From the NCBI GenBank assembly GCA_031552145.1, contig JAVBMV010000003.1, positions 211,930 through 275,929 on the forward strand: a DNA stretch of 64,000 nucleotides. The letters are read 5' to 3'. A program made the translations under genes and the position numbers. Positions 27,211 to 36,787 of this stretch are shown here, piece by piece (within the stretch, counting starts at the first letter, position 1; each line of letters opens with the position of its first letter). The stretch is from Myxococcales bacterium (lineage in GTDB: Bacteria > Myxococcota > Myxococcia > Myxococcales > UBA5297). The notes below the pieces were generated by a model. It was not told the DNA's origin and did not search any database. It saw only the letters and a list, made by a program, of their open reading frames with translations.

Positions 27211-28362
27211 CTAGCAGAAGCGCTCTATCGCCGCGGCGAGCGTATCGCGGCAGGCGAGCAGCTGCGCCTCGGGCACATACTCGCCCGTGCGGTGGGCCAC
27301 GGCGATGTCGCCGGGGCCGAAGACCACCACCTCGGCCCCCAGCGCCGCGAGGCAGGGCGCCTCGGTGAAGTAGGAGACCGCCGCCGCCGGGCGACCGCTC
27401 CGCTCGACCATGAAGCGCACCAGCTCCGAGTCGACGGCGCTCTCGAAGGGAGGGTCGCGCCGCGGCGCCTCGATCTTGATGGTGAGCGAGCGGCTCTCCG
27501 CCACGTCGCGGGCGGCCGCCTCCACCACGCCCAGGACACGCTCGAGGGGCTGGCCGGGGACGGGGCGCCACTCGAGGGTGAAGCCGCAGTTTCCGGGGAT
27601 GACGTTCTCGGCGGTGCCACCCGAGAGCGTTCCGATGTTGAGCGTGCTGTAGGGCGGCTCGAAGTCGGCGTGGCTCTCCTGCCGGATGGTGCGCGTGAGC
27701 ACCTCTATTCGGGAGATGAGCTCCGCGGCGCCCAGAATGGCCGAGCGCCCGGAGTCGGGGCGCGCGCTGTGCCCCTCTGCCCCCTGAACCTCGATGTGGG
27801 CGAGGCCATAGCCCTTGTGGGCGCGCACCGGCGTGAGACCCGTTGGCTCTCCAACGATCGCGCGGCGCGGGCGCGCCAGGGCCGCCTCCAGCAGCCGCTT
27901 GGCGCCCAGGCACCCCAGCTCCTCCTCGGCGGTGAAGATGAGCGCGAGGGGGCGCCTGAGCGAAGCGCGCAGTGCGAGCGCCGACGCCTCCAGCGCGCAG
28001 GCGATGAAGCCCTTGGTGTCGCAGGCGCCGCGGCCGATGAGCAGCGTGCCTTCGTCCCCCTCCTCGCTGTGACCTTCACAGAGCGCGAGCGCCTGCGGCC
28101 ACGAAGCGGAAAAGGGGACGGTGTCGGTGTGCCCCACGAGGGCCAGCTCGATGGGCTCAGCCTCGGAGCACCCGGGCGGCCGATAGATCGCGATGAGGTT
28201 CGCCTTCTCGACGCCGAGCGCGTCCTGCCAGCGCTGGCGCTGCGAGACGAAGCCGAGCGCGCGCAGCGCATCATCGAGGTAGTCGATGATGGGCAGGTTG
28301 CTCTTCGACGAGGTGCTGTCGATGGCCACCAGCTCTGTCAGCCGCGCGCGCAAGTCTCTCAT
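27211..28362 (-). CDS. M20-family metallo-deacylase (ArgE/DapE-like)
   Basis: Start at MRDLRARLTELVAIDSTS (RBS GGAGAT). LVGHTDTVP and GRGACDTKGF motifs. The extension to 28443 is unsupported. Confidence 0.85.
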   Translation of the reverse strand: MRDLRARLTELVAIDSTSSKSNLPIIDYLDDALRALGFVSQRQRWQDALGVEKANLIAIYRPPGCSEAEPIELALVGHTDTVPFSASWPQALALCEGHSEEGDEGTLLIGRGACDTKGFIACALEASALALRASLRRPLALIFTAEEELGCLGAKRLLEAALARPRRAIVGEPTGLTPVRAHKGYGLAHIEVQGAEGHSARPDSGRSAILGAAELISRIEVLTRTIRQESHADFEPPYSTLNIGTLSGGTAENVIPGNCGFTLEWRPVPGQPLERVLGVVEAAARDVAESRSLTIKIEAPRRDPPFESAVDSELVRFMVERSGRPAAAVSYFTEAPCLAALGAEVVVFGPGDIAVAHRTGEYVPEAQLLACRDTLAAAIERFC

Positions 28363-28387
28363 CTCGTATCTCCGCCAGCGGGCCTCG

Positions 28388-29905
28388 CTACGCGATCGCC
28401 TTGGCCACGGTCGCCTCGACCTGAGCCACCAGGGCGTTGCCACGCTCGAGCAGCTTGGCCGCCTTTGCGCGCTGCGCCTCGACGTAGGCCGCGTCCTTGA
28501 GCGAGGGGAGGTTGATCAGCACATTCATGTGGGCGCCCTTGAGCGCCGTGGAGAGGTGCAGCGCGCCGACGCCGACGTCGGTGATCGAGTTCTTGTTGCC
28601 CTTCTCCGCGATCACCTTGGCGCGCTCGAGGGCGTCGACCGCCAGCGCCATCACCTGCAGTGGCACCTCGCAGGCGCCCTGGGTCGCCGCCTGGATCGCG
28701 GCGCTGCGCGCGCCCTTCTCCTCGTCGGTCCCCTTGGGCAGCTTGAACGCCTCCATGACCTTGTCGAAGGCCTCGGCGTCCTTGTCGATGAAGGCATGGA
28801 ACTGCCCCATCATCGGGTCGAGCGCCGCCTTGTGAGCGGCGATCTCGGTCGAGACCTCTTCGTACCCCTTCTTGCCAGCGGTGAGGCCCGCGACCATCGA
28901 GAGCAATCCCACGCCGACCGCGCCCGAGAGCGCCGAGGCGGAGCCACCGCCGGGCGTCGGCGTGGCGGCCTGCACCTCGCCGAGGAAGTCGGTGAGGCTC
29001 TTGCCCGCGTGCGCCAGCTTCGACTCGAGGATCTGCTCGGGCTTGAAGAGGTCGAGCTGCAGATACCAGACGGCCGCGTCGATGAGCGCCTGCTGCGGGA
29101 TGAGCCCGATCAGCTCGCTCTCCTTGATGGTGACGCCATAGCGCTCGGCCTCGCGCTTCACGAACTCGAAGGCGCGGTGCAGGCCGGTGCCGGTGTAGTT
29201 GGTCATGTTGATCGAGACCTGGGCGCAGTTGCGCTCCTTGATCTCGAAGCCCATCGACTTGGCGTAGGTGAAGCCGCCGTCACGGCCGCGCAGGCTCTTG
29301 GCGATCTTCTTCGCGATGGAGACGTCGGTGGTGTTGAGGTTGATGTTGTAGGCGACGAGCGGGAAGCGCGCGCCGATCACCGTGGCGCCCGCGGTGGGGT
29401 GCAGCTCGCAGGGGCCGAAGTCGGGGGCGCGCGCCGGGTCGGTGCGGACGGCCTCGCGGATGCCCTCGAACTCACCCTTGCGGATCACGGCGAGATCGCG
29501 CCGCTCGGGGCGCTGCGCGGCCATCTCGTAGAGATAGGTGGGGATCTTCAGCTCGTCGGAGACGCGCTTCGCCACGCGCTTCGCCAGCTCGACGCACTCT
29601 TCGTTGGTGACGCCCGAGATGGGGATGAATGGGACGACGTCGGTGGCGCCCATGCGCGGGTGCTCGCCCTGGTGCTTGGTGAGGTCGATCAGCTCCGAGG
29701 CCTTCTTGATGCCGCGGAATGCCGCCTCGGCGCACTGCTCCGGCTCACCGACGAAGGTGACGACGGCGCGATTGTGGTTCGCGTCCATGCTCTGCTCGAG
29801 GAGCGTGACGCCCTGGACCGACTGGATGGCGGCGAGGATCTGATCGATGACTTCGGGGCGGCGCCCCTCGCTGAAGTTGGGAACGCATTCGACGATTCTG
29901 CTCAT
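28388..29905 (-). CDS. ftcD: Glutamate formimidoyltransferase / formiminotetrahydrofolate cyclodeaminase (bifunctional)
   Basis: Start at MSRIVECVPNFSEGRRPEVIDQI (FTCD N-terminus). The C-terminal half is GGGSASALSGAVGVGLLSMV (cyclodeaminase). Confidence 0.85.
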   Translation of the reverse strand: MSRIVECVPNFSEGRRPEVIDQILAAIQSVQGVTLLEQSMDANHNRAVVTFVGEPEQCAEAAFRGIKKASELIDLTKHQGEHPRMGATDVVPFIPISGVTNEECVELAKRVAKRVSDELKIPTYLYEMAAQRPERRDLAVIRKGEFEGIREAVRTDPARAPDFGPCELHPTAGATVIGARFPLVAYNINLNTTDVSIAKKIAKSLRGRDGGFTYAKSMGFEIKERNCAQVSINMTNYTGTGLHRAFEFVKREAERYGVTIKESELIGLIPQQALIDAAVWYLQLDLFKPEQILESKLAHAGKSLTDFLGEVQAATPTPGGGSASALSGAVGVGLLSMVAGLTAGKKGYEEVSTEIAAHKAALDPMMGQFHAFIDKDAEAFDKVMEAFKLPKGTDEEKGARSAAIQAATQGACEVPLQVMALAVDALERAKVIAEKGNKNSITDVGVGALHLSTALKGAHMNVLINLPSLKDAAYVEAQRAKAAKLLERGNALVAQVEATVAKAIA

Positions 29906-30032
29906 GTCTGGTGAAGCTCCTTTCGAGATCGGCATGCTATGGGGCGCCGCGAAGAGGGTCAACCTGCCGAAAATCGGTCGTTTTTTCGATGCTTTCCGCG
30001 CGGTGCGCACTCTCGGTGTAGGGTGCGGGCGC

Positions 30033-31064
30033 ATGGATTCACCCGACAGCCGCAATGACCTGGAGCTCTGCAACGGCGACCTGCGCCTGCGCGGCACCGA
30101 GCTCTTCCTCGACGCGACGCGCCCGAGGCAGCTCTCCTTCATCTCGCACGCCCATGCGGATCATCTCGCGCGCCATGAACAGGCGATCGCCACGGCGGCG
30201 ACGCTGGCGCTCGCGGGCAAGCGCGGCGCGGCGCCCCGCTCGGCCCTCCCCGTCCCGTACCGCCAGCCTTTCAACCTGGGGGCCCTGGAGCTGACGCTCT
30301 TCCCGGCGGGGCATGTGCTCGGTTCGGCCCAGCTGCGCGTGGTGCGCTCCGTCGGCCGCACCAAGCAGCGCATCCTCTATACGGGCGATCTCAACCCCGT
30401 GCCCGGCCTTACCGCCGAGCCGGCCGAGCCCGTGGCGTGCGACCTGCTGGTGCTCGAGTCGACCTTCGGGCTCCCGCGCTATCGCTTCCCACCGCGCGAA
30501 GAGACCTATGAGGCGATGGCCGCCTTCGCGCGCCGCTGCTTCGACGCGGGCGCAGTGCCCACCTTCCTGGCCTACTCCTTGGGAAAGGCACAGGAGGGGA
30601 TAAAGGCGCTGGTGGAGCGCGGCGTGAGCGTCGCGGCCCATCCCGCCATCAGCGAGCTCTGCGAGGTCTATGAACGCTTTGGCTGTGCCCTCCCCCACCG
30701 CCTCTTCCGCGCAGCGCAAGGCCGAGAGGCGGAGCGAGAGGGGGGCCCGCGCCAAGGCGAGGCGCTCTTCTGGCCCTTGGGCGGAGGCCCCCTGCGGCTG
30801 CCCGAGAGCGCGATGCCGCTCTGCACCGCGGCGCTGACGGGCTGGGCACTCGACTCGAGCACCCGTTATCGCATGGGCGTGGACGAGGCCTTCCCGCTCT
30901 CGGACCATGGCGACTTCGAAGCGCTGCTCGGCTACGCCGCCGCGACCGGGGCGAAGCGCATCCTCACCCACCATGGCTCGGCCAAGGAGTTCGCGGCGGC
31001 GCTGCGCGACCGCGGCTTCGAGGCCTGGCCGCTGGTGCCCTCGAAGCAGCTCGAGCTCTTCTAA
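30033..31064 (+). CDS. MBL-fold metallo-hydrolase, beta-CASP-like nuclease family
   Basis: Start at MDSPDS. Motifs: HxHxDH (SHAHADHL), LVLESTFG and PLSDHGDF. Confidence 0.8.
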   Translation: MDSPDSRNDLELCNGDLRLRGTELFLDATRPRQLSFISHAHADHLARHEQAIATAATLALAGKRGAAPRSALPVPYRQPFNLGALELTLFPAGHVLGSAQLRVVRSVGRTKQRILYTGDLNPVPGLTAEPAEPVACDLLVLESTFGLPRYRFPPREETYEAMAAFARRCFDAGAVPTFLAYSLGKAQEGIKALVERGVSVAAHPAISELCEVYERFGCALPHRLFRAAQGREAEREGGPRQGEALFWPLGGGPLRLPESAMPLCTAALTGWALDSSTRYRMGVDEAFPLSDHGDFEALLGYAAATGAKRILTHHGSAKEFAAALRDRGFEAWPLVPSKQLELF

Positions 31065-31068
31065 GGAA

Positions 31069-31103
31069 GAAGAGCCCGGCGGCGCGGGGCCACCGGGCTC
31101 TTC
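31069..31103. terminator. Hairpin between convergent genes (possible bidirectional terminator)
   Basis: Perfect 11-bp inverted repeat GAAGAGCCCGG (31069-31079) / CCGGGCTCTTC (31093-31103) with a 13-nt loop. On the minus strand it is followed by TTCCTT. Confidence 0.4.
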
Positions 31104-31128
31104 ATGGCAACCGGCCTACGTTGCGCGC

Positions 31129-34100
31129 CTAGCGATTGGCGGCGCGCGCGCTCCTGCGCCGCCCCAGCGCGGCCATCGGGAGCGCGATGAGTGAGAGCCA
31201 GAGCGCGCTGGCGGCGCCGGGGCTCGAGGAACAGCCGCCGCTCCCCTTCACCGTCACCTTGCCGGGGTCTTTCTCGGGCACGACGCAGGCGCCCTCGACA
31301 CAGACGAAAGAGCGGGAGCAATCGCCATCGTTCCTGCAAGAGTGGAGGCACGCATCGTCGCCGCAGGCGTAGGGAGCGCAGGACTTGGGCTCCACCAAGT
31401 CGCAGGTGCCGGTCCCATCGCAGGTGGCTTCAAAGGTGACTGCGCCATCGCGGCAGCTCGCGTCTCCGCAGCGGGTCTCCTCGCCGGGATAGGCGCAGGC
31501 GTCGCTATTCTTGCCGTCGCAGAACCCGGCGCAGGAGCCGACACCGATGCAAGGCTTGTGGCCGGGGCGCGGGAGCCCCGTCACTGCGACGCACCTGCCG
31601 CGCGCGTAGGACTCGCTGCACGACTCGCAGCTCCCATCGCAAGCGTTCTCACAGCAGACGCCGTCGACACAGGGCGCGCCGCCAGCGCACTGGTTCTCAC
31701 CGAAGCAGGCCGCGCCGCGCGGCAGCCTGGGCACGCAGAGTCCGGCGGAGCAGTAGTGGTCGGCGCCAGAGCAGTCCTCATCACAGGTGCAGTCGCCTCT
31801 GCAGCTACCCTCTTCGCAGACGAAGGGGGCACAGCTCTGGCGCTTCGCGGTGGGACAGAAACCCGTACCGGTGCAGCTCGTCGCCAGGTAGACCTTCGTT
31901 CCCGACTCGTCGCAGGTGGCCTCCTCGCCACAGGCCGTCTCACTGTTGGGATAGACGCAGGTGGTGTGGACGCCATCGCAGGTACCGGCGCAGGTGTCGC
32001 CCGCTTCGCCTCCGCAGAGGGGTCGTCCATTCCTTGGAACACCAACCGCCGCGCTGCAGATACCCGCGCGTCCAGCGAGGTCGCACGCCTCGCACTGGCT
32101 GCCGCAGGAGGTGTCGCAGCAGAGCCCGTCGATGCAGTAGCCCGACGCGCAGTCGATGTGGGCCGAGCACTCCGTCCCGAGCGGGAGCAGCTTCTTGGGC
32201 ACGCAGGTGCCCGCGCCCTCCGAGGCGTCGCAGTACGCCATCGGCGCGCACTGCGCGTTCTCGGTGCAGCGGGTGGCACAGCCGCCGGCGGGCGCGCAGA
32301 GGTAGGGCGCGCAGGAGGTTACGGTAGCAGCGGGGCAGAGCGGGTCGCCACCGGAGCAGGTCGCCTCGGAATGGAGCTCGCCCACGCAGCTCGGCGCCAG
32401 GCAGACTTTGGTCGCGGGCTCGAAGCCATCGTTCGGGCAGGTGGCCGCGCTGCCCGTGCAGTGCTCGGCCACGTCACACGGGCCAGCCTTCGAGCGGCAC
32501 TCGACGCTCGCCGGGCGGAAGGCGTCGGTGGGGCAGGCGACCGCACTGCCGGTGCAGTGCTCCTCGACGTCGCACTCGCCCGCGGAGGAGCGGCAGACCG
32601 TGGAGGCGGGCTTGAAGGCGAGGCCCGCGGGACAAGTGGCGGAGAGACCGTCGCACTTGACGTCTTCCTCGCAGGGGCCCGACTTAGTGGAGGCCCTGCA
32701 GATCGCCCCGGCGTTGGCGGGCTTCGTGTGGTCGCAGATGCCCGCCTTGCAGGTATCCGCGGAGCAGAGGCCTCCGTCGTCGAGACAAGGAGTTCCGTCG
32801 GGCTTCGCCGCCGAGGCCTGGCAGGCGGAGCTGCCGCCGGAGCAGACGGGCGCCTCGAGGCACTCGTTAGCCGCCTTTCCACAGACGGTGCCGGCCGCCT
32901 TGTAGCCGGTGGCGGGGCAGGCGATCTGGACTCCGTCGCAGCGCCGGACGTCGTCGCACACGCCACTCCCGGCGGCGCCGCAGACCGCGCCGCCGTTGGC
33001 GGGCTTGTGCTCGCAGACTCCCGCCTTACAAGTGTCGCTCGAACAGACGCTGCCATCGTCGAGGCAGGGAGTGCCGTCGGGCTTCGCGGACGCGGCGGGG
33101 CAGACCGGGCTCGCGCCCGTGCAGACCGGCGCATCGGTACACTCGTTCGTGGCGAGACCGCAGACGGCACCGGCGTTACCGGAGACGCTGACGCACTGGC
33201 CCGTTGCGCTGCAGCGATCCACGGTGCAGATGTTGCCGTCGTCGACGGCGGCGGTGCAGGTCGTGCCCGCGGGCTTCGTGGGCTTCAAGGGGCAGGCGCG
33301 CTGCACGCCGTTGCAGTAGGCGGGCTCCTGGCAGGGGCCGACGTCGGCGCCGTCGCAGAGGATGCCCTGGCGCGCGGGCCCACAGACACCATCGGTGGGC
33401 GCGCCCTTCGCCGCGGTGCAGGCCTCGCAGTCGCCATCGACGCCACCGCCGCACGCCTCGTTGCAGCAGACGCCGTCGACGCAGAAGCCGCTGCCACACT
33501 CGGAGCCTTGGCCGCAAACCTTGCCATTCCTGCCCTTGACGCGGCAGGTCTGGAATTCGGCCGAGTTGGGATCGAGGTTGCAGAAGAGCTCCTTGCCCTC
33601 CTCGTTGCACTGCAGATCGGCGGTGCAGGGCTGCGCCTCGACGGCGAAGGCGATCTCCCAGAGGTCGCCCGAGTTGCCTGGGAAGGAGGAGGGGGGATTT
33701 CCACCCAACTTCTCGCGCGTGGGTTCGGGCAGCTCCAGGCTGGTGCTGCCGCCATGCAGATAGAAATAGCCGTCGCGGAAGAGCATCGCCGCGCCCTGGC
33801 GCGCGGCGAGGCGTGGAGGCAGCGGCATCTCGGCGAAGGTGACACCATCGGTCACATAGGCCTTCGCGGAAAGCTGGCCGCTCTCATCCACACCGCCGAC
33901 GATGAGGGCGCGCTTGCCATCGGAGGCCATCGCGAAGCGCGAGAGCTTGGGCAGGCCGACGTTGGCCTGGCTCCACTGCGAGGTGGCTGGATCGAAGAAC
34001 CAGGAATCGCCGTGGCGGGCGGCGCCCGATGGGAAGAGGCCATTCTCGAGATCGACGTCCTCGCCACCATGGAGGAAGAGCTTCCCGTTGAGCATCGCAG

Positions 34101-36603
34101 TGCCCGCGAAGGCGCGCGCCGCCGGGCCGCGGCTCAGGATGGTGGCGTTCCAGGCGCTGTCGGACTCACTCAGCGTCGCCATGGCGCGCGGCTGGGTAAA
34201 GGGGCGGTATCCGTGGGCGGGAGTCGGGAGCGTAGAGGAGGAGTACCTCGCCGCCGCGCCGCCGAAGAAGAGGAGCTTGTCGCCGAGGCTCTGCAGGGAA
34301 TAGCCCACCTGCGTCGGCGCGGTCTTGTCGGTCAGCCTGATCCAGTAGCCGTAGCTGCCCGGCGCGGGGCTTACCGGCGGCACCCACTTCCAGGTGTCCC
34401 AGGCGAAGGGACCCGAGCCGTTGTAGGCGATGGCTCCGTTGAAGAGATAAAGGGTGCCATTGAGGTTGACCATCTTGTGGAGCGCGCGCCCGACGGGATG
34501 GCAGAGCCCCGTGGTGGTGCAGGCCGGATTGATCAGCTCCTGGCCGCTTTCCGAATGCGCCGCCACCTTCCGCCAGCCGCTCTCCTCGTTCCACTGCCAG
34601 GTGTCGGAGGCATGGGCGTAGGTGGGCATCCCATCGCTCTGAAACCCGCCGTTGAGCAGGAAGGAGCCGTCGCTGGTGAGCGCCATGGCGTGGAAAGAGC
34701 GGTGCGGCCCCATCGGATCGGTGTCGAGCAGACGCCAGCTCCCGCCCATCTCTTTGCAGCGCCCCTCGACGCAGGCTGCCCCTTGGGCGCAGTCGTGTGA
34801 GGTGGAACAACCCGTGGCACCACAGAGACCCGCGCTACACTTGGCTCCTTCGCAGTCCGTGACCGTGGCGATCTCGCAGGAGCCGCGCCCGTTGCAGTGG
34901 TGCGTCTCAACATCGGCGGCGCCGACACCGCAGGAGGGGGCGGCGCAGGTGCGCTCCATCCCGGGCCAGACGCAGTCGAAGGAGGCGCCGTCGCAATAGG
35001 AGGCACAGGCAGCGCCGGCGGGCGCGGGACAAGCCGGCCTATGGGTCGGCGCCGCCGTGGCGACACAGGTCCCCGTGTCGTCGCAGTGGGAGCAGGCTCC
35101 GGTACAGGCGCTGGTGCAGCAGACACCATCCGCGGCGAAGCCGGCGGTGGCGCAGTGGGCGGCCACGTCGACCGGCTGGCCATCGGCGATGAGCGGGATG
35201 CAGCGCTGGAAAGTGGACGAGCCCGCGTTGCGCTTGTCGCAGAACTGCCCCTCGACGCAGTCGGCGTCGGCGGCGCAGGTGTAGTTGACGAGCTGCCAGA
35301 GCTCGTCGCTGTTGCCAGCAACGAAGGTATTCGTCGTGACCCCCGCCGGGCGCGGCTCGGGAAGCTCGACGTTGGTGGTGCCCCCGTAGAGATAGAAGCG
35401 GCCATCCAAATAGAGCATCACCGCGCCTTGGCGCGCGCTGGGCCCTTGGGCGGGGACCGTCACTTCGTGTGCCGTGATGCCGTCAGTCACATAGAGCTTG
35501 CCGCTCAGCGCGCCGCCCTGATCGATCCCGCCGAAGATGAGCGCGCGCTTGCCATCGCTCGCCATGGCGAAGCGCGAGCGCATGGGCAGGTTGGTCACAC
35601 CGGTGTCGCTCCACGAAGCGCCGTCATATCGCTGCAGATCGGAGAAGGAGGCCTGCTTGCCCGAGAAGGTAGTGCCCTGCACCACCTCACCGCCATAGAG
35701 CAGCGCGGTGCCGTCGGCCATGGAGACCATGCGCGCGAAGAAGCGGTCGACATTTGCTGGCACGGGAAGCGCCGCGCCGTCGTTGCGATCGTCAGAGGGG
35801 TTGACCTCGCCATAGACGGAGAAGTCCGGCGTGTACTTCACCGAGGTGGGATAGGCGGGATTGGCGACCGTGCGGGTTGCCAACGTCGCGTCGTTGTTCC
35901 CCGTCAGGAAGCCTCCGACCACCAGCACATCGTTGCCCAGCACCGTGAGCGCGTAGCCGGCCTGCGCGGGCCAGACGAGCATGTTTGGGTTGGGGCTCTT
36001 CTGCCACCAGGCGACATCGCCGCCCGAGGGAGGCCTGAAGCGCCAGGTGTCCCACTTGAAGTTGGAGCCATTGGGGGCGCCTCCACCGAAAAGCACCAAC
36101 TCGTCGCCCACCTGGGCCAGCGTCGCGAAGGTGCGACCGTTGGGGTAGCAATTACCTTTGTCGACCTCGGTGCAGGCGCTCACGCTCTCGCGCCCTGTGT
36201 AAACCTCGCGCCAGTCGGAGAGGTAGCTCCAGGCGCGGCTCGCGGGATCGTACTGCCAGGTGTCGCTCGCCTGCGGGCTGTCGCCGAGGCCCCTGTCATT
36301 CTGGAAGCCACCGTTGAGGATGAACCTGCCCTGGTGCACGGCCATGTTGTGGAAGGAGCGCGCCGGCCCCGCCGCCGTCGGCGTTACCTTTTCCCACTGG
36401 TATTCGCGTGGGCTGCAGAGATTGCCCGGGCCACAATACTCGGTCGCGGAGCAGCCCGCCGCGCAGGAGAGCTTCTGGCTTACGCTCCCGAACTCGCCGC
36501 GCGTTCCTTTCGGCGCGCCGGGACTGCAGGCCGCGACGAGCGCCGCGAGGGCAAGCGTTGCGACCGAGAATAGTGACGCCTGGCGGCGATATGTCTTGTG
36601 CAT
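31129..36603 (-). CDS. Surface lipoprotein with two Kelch propeller modules, cysteine-rich (disintegrin-like) stalk and MYXO-CTERM tail (1824 aa)
   Basis: Start at MHKTYRRQASLFSVATLALAALVAACS (RBS AAGGGA; the ORF extension to 36741 is unsupported). Kelch-type repeats, a very high Cys content and the C-terminal tag. Confidence 0.9.
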   Translation of the reverse strand: MHKTYRRQASLFSVATLALAALVAACSPGAPKGTRGEFGSVSQKLSCAAGCSATEYCGPGNLCSPREYQWEKVTPTAAGPARSFHNMAVHQGRFILNGGFQNDRGLGDSPQASDTWQYDPASRAWSYLSDWREVYTGRESVSACTEVDKGNCYPNGRTFATLAQVGDELVLFGGGAPNGSNFKWDTWRFRPPSGGDVAWWQKSPNPNMLVWPAQAGYALTVLGNDVLVVGGFLTGNNDATLATRTVANPAYPTSVKYTPDFSVYGEVNPSDDRNDGAALPVPANVDRFFARMVSMADGTALLYGGEVVQGTTFSGKQASFSDLQRYDGASWSDTGVTNLPMRSRFAMASDGKRALIFGGIDQGGALSGKLYVTDGITAHEVTVPAQGPSARQGAVMLYLDGRFYLYGGTTNVELPEPRPAGVTTNTFVAGNSDELWQLVNYTCAADADCVEGQFCDKRNAGSSTFQRCIPLIADGQPVDVAAHCATAGFAADGVCCTSACTGACSHCDDTGTCVATAAPTHRPACPAPAGAACASYCDGASFDCVWPGMERTCAAPSCGVGAADVETHHCNGRGSCEIATVTDCEGAKCSAGLCGATGCSTSHDCAQGAACVEGRCKEMGGSWRLLDTDPMGPHRSFHAMALTSDGSFLLNGGFQSDGMPTYAHASDTWQWNEESGWRKVAAHSESGQELINPACTTTGLCHPVGRALHKMVNLNGTLYLFNGAIAYNGSGPFAWDTWKWVPPVSPAPGSYGYWIRLTDKTAPTQVGYSLQSLGDKLLFFGGAAARYSSSTLPTPAHGYRPFTQPRAMATLSESDSAWNATILSRGPAARAFAGTAMLNGKLFLHGGEDVDLENGLFPSGAARHGDSWFFDPATSQWSQANVGLPKLSRFAMASDGKRALIVGGVDESGQLSAKAYVTDGVTFAEMPLPPRLAARQGAAMLFRDGYFYLHGGSTSLELPEPTREKLGGNPPSSFPGNSGDLWEIAFAVEAQPCTADLQCNEEGKELFCNLDPNSAEFQTCRVKGRNGKVCGQGSECGSGFCVDGVCCNEACGGGVDGDCEACTAAKGAPTDGVCGPARQGILCDGADVGPCQEPAYCNGVQRACPLKPTKPAGTTCTAAVDDGNICTVDRCSATGQCVSVSGNAGAVCGLATNECTDAPVCTGASPVCPAASAKPDGTPCLDDGSVCSSDTCKAGVCEHKPANGGAVCGAAGSGVCDDVRRCDGVQIACPATGYKAAGTVCGKAANECLEAPVCSGGSSACQASAAKPDGTPCLDDGGLCSADTCKAGICDHTKPANAGAICRASTKSGPCEEDVKCDGLSATCPAGLAFKPASTVCRSSAGECDVEEHCTGSAVACPTDAFRPASVECRSKAGPCDVAEHCTGSAATCPNDGFEPATKVCLAPSCVGELHSEATCSGGDPLCPAATVTSCAPYLCAPAGGCATRCTENAQCAPMAYCDASEGAGTCVPKKLLPLGTECSAHIDCASGYCIDGLCCDTSCGSQCEACDLAGRAGICSAAVGVPRNGRPLCGGEAGDTCAGTCDGVHTTCVYPNSETACGEEATCDESGTKVYLATSCTGTGFCPTAKRQSCAPFVCEEGSCRGDCTCDEDCSGADHYCSAGLCVPRLPRGAACFGENQCAGGAPCVDGVCCENACDGSCESCSESYARGRCVAVTGLPRPGHKPCIGVGSCAGFCDGKNSDACAYPGEETRCGDASCRDGAVTFEATCDGTGTCDLVEPKSCAPYACGDDACLHSCRNDGDCSRSFVCVEGACVVPEKDPGKVTVKGSGGCSSSPGAASALWLSLIALPMAALGRRRSARAANR
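31132..31245 (-). other. MYXO-CTERM-type C-terminal sorting tag
   Basis: GSGGCSSSPGAASALWLSLIALPMAALGRRRSARAANR: a Gly-Cys motif, a hydrophobic helix and an Arg cluster at the extreme C-terminus. Confidence 0.7.
32428..33366 (-). repeat. Array of disintegrin-like cysteine loops (C-x5-6-C-D/E-x4-C-x-G-x4-C-P)
   Basis: Units: CDGADVGPCQEPAYCNGVQRACP, CGLATNECTDAPVCTGASPVCP, CGAAGSGVCDDVRRCDGVQIACP, CGKAANECLEAPVCSGGSSACQ, CRASTKSGPCEEDVKCDGLSATCP, CRSSAGECDVEEHCTGSAVACPTD (32524-32595), CRSKAGPCDVAEHCTGSAATCPND (32428-32499). Confidence 0.65.
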
Positions 36604-36787
36604 GTCATTCCCTTCGCGGTCTATCCGCGCCGTGGTGCTATCGCCCAGCGCCGCGGCGCCGTCAACCTTTGCGACATGTAGTCGCGAGTGATCTTCACTC
36701 TGACCAAACGGATTGACTGCTCTCGAGGTCCGCGTTCCCATTGCCCACAGAGAGTGGCGAGCTCGGGCGCCAGAGACGTCCTCGCTA

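Noticed and set aside
31342-34800. 1152-aa plus-strand ORF antisense to the Kelch/Cys-rich gene
   Set aside because: Same high-GC antisense artefact. The product is Ala/Gly/Arg-rich with no recognisable fold, whereas the minus-strand product has a lipobox, Kelch repeats and a MYXO-CTERM tail.
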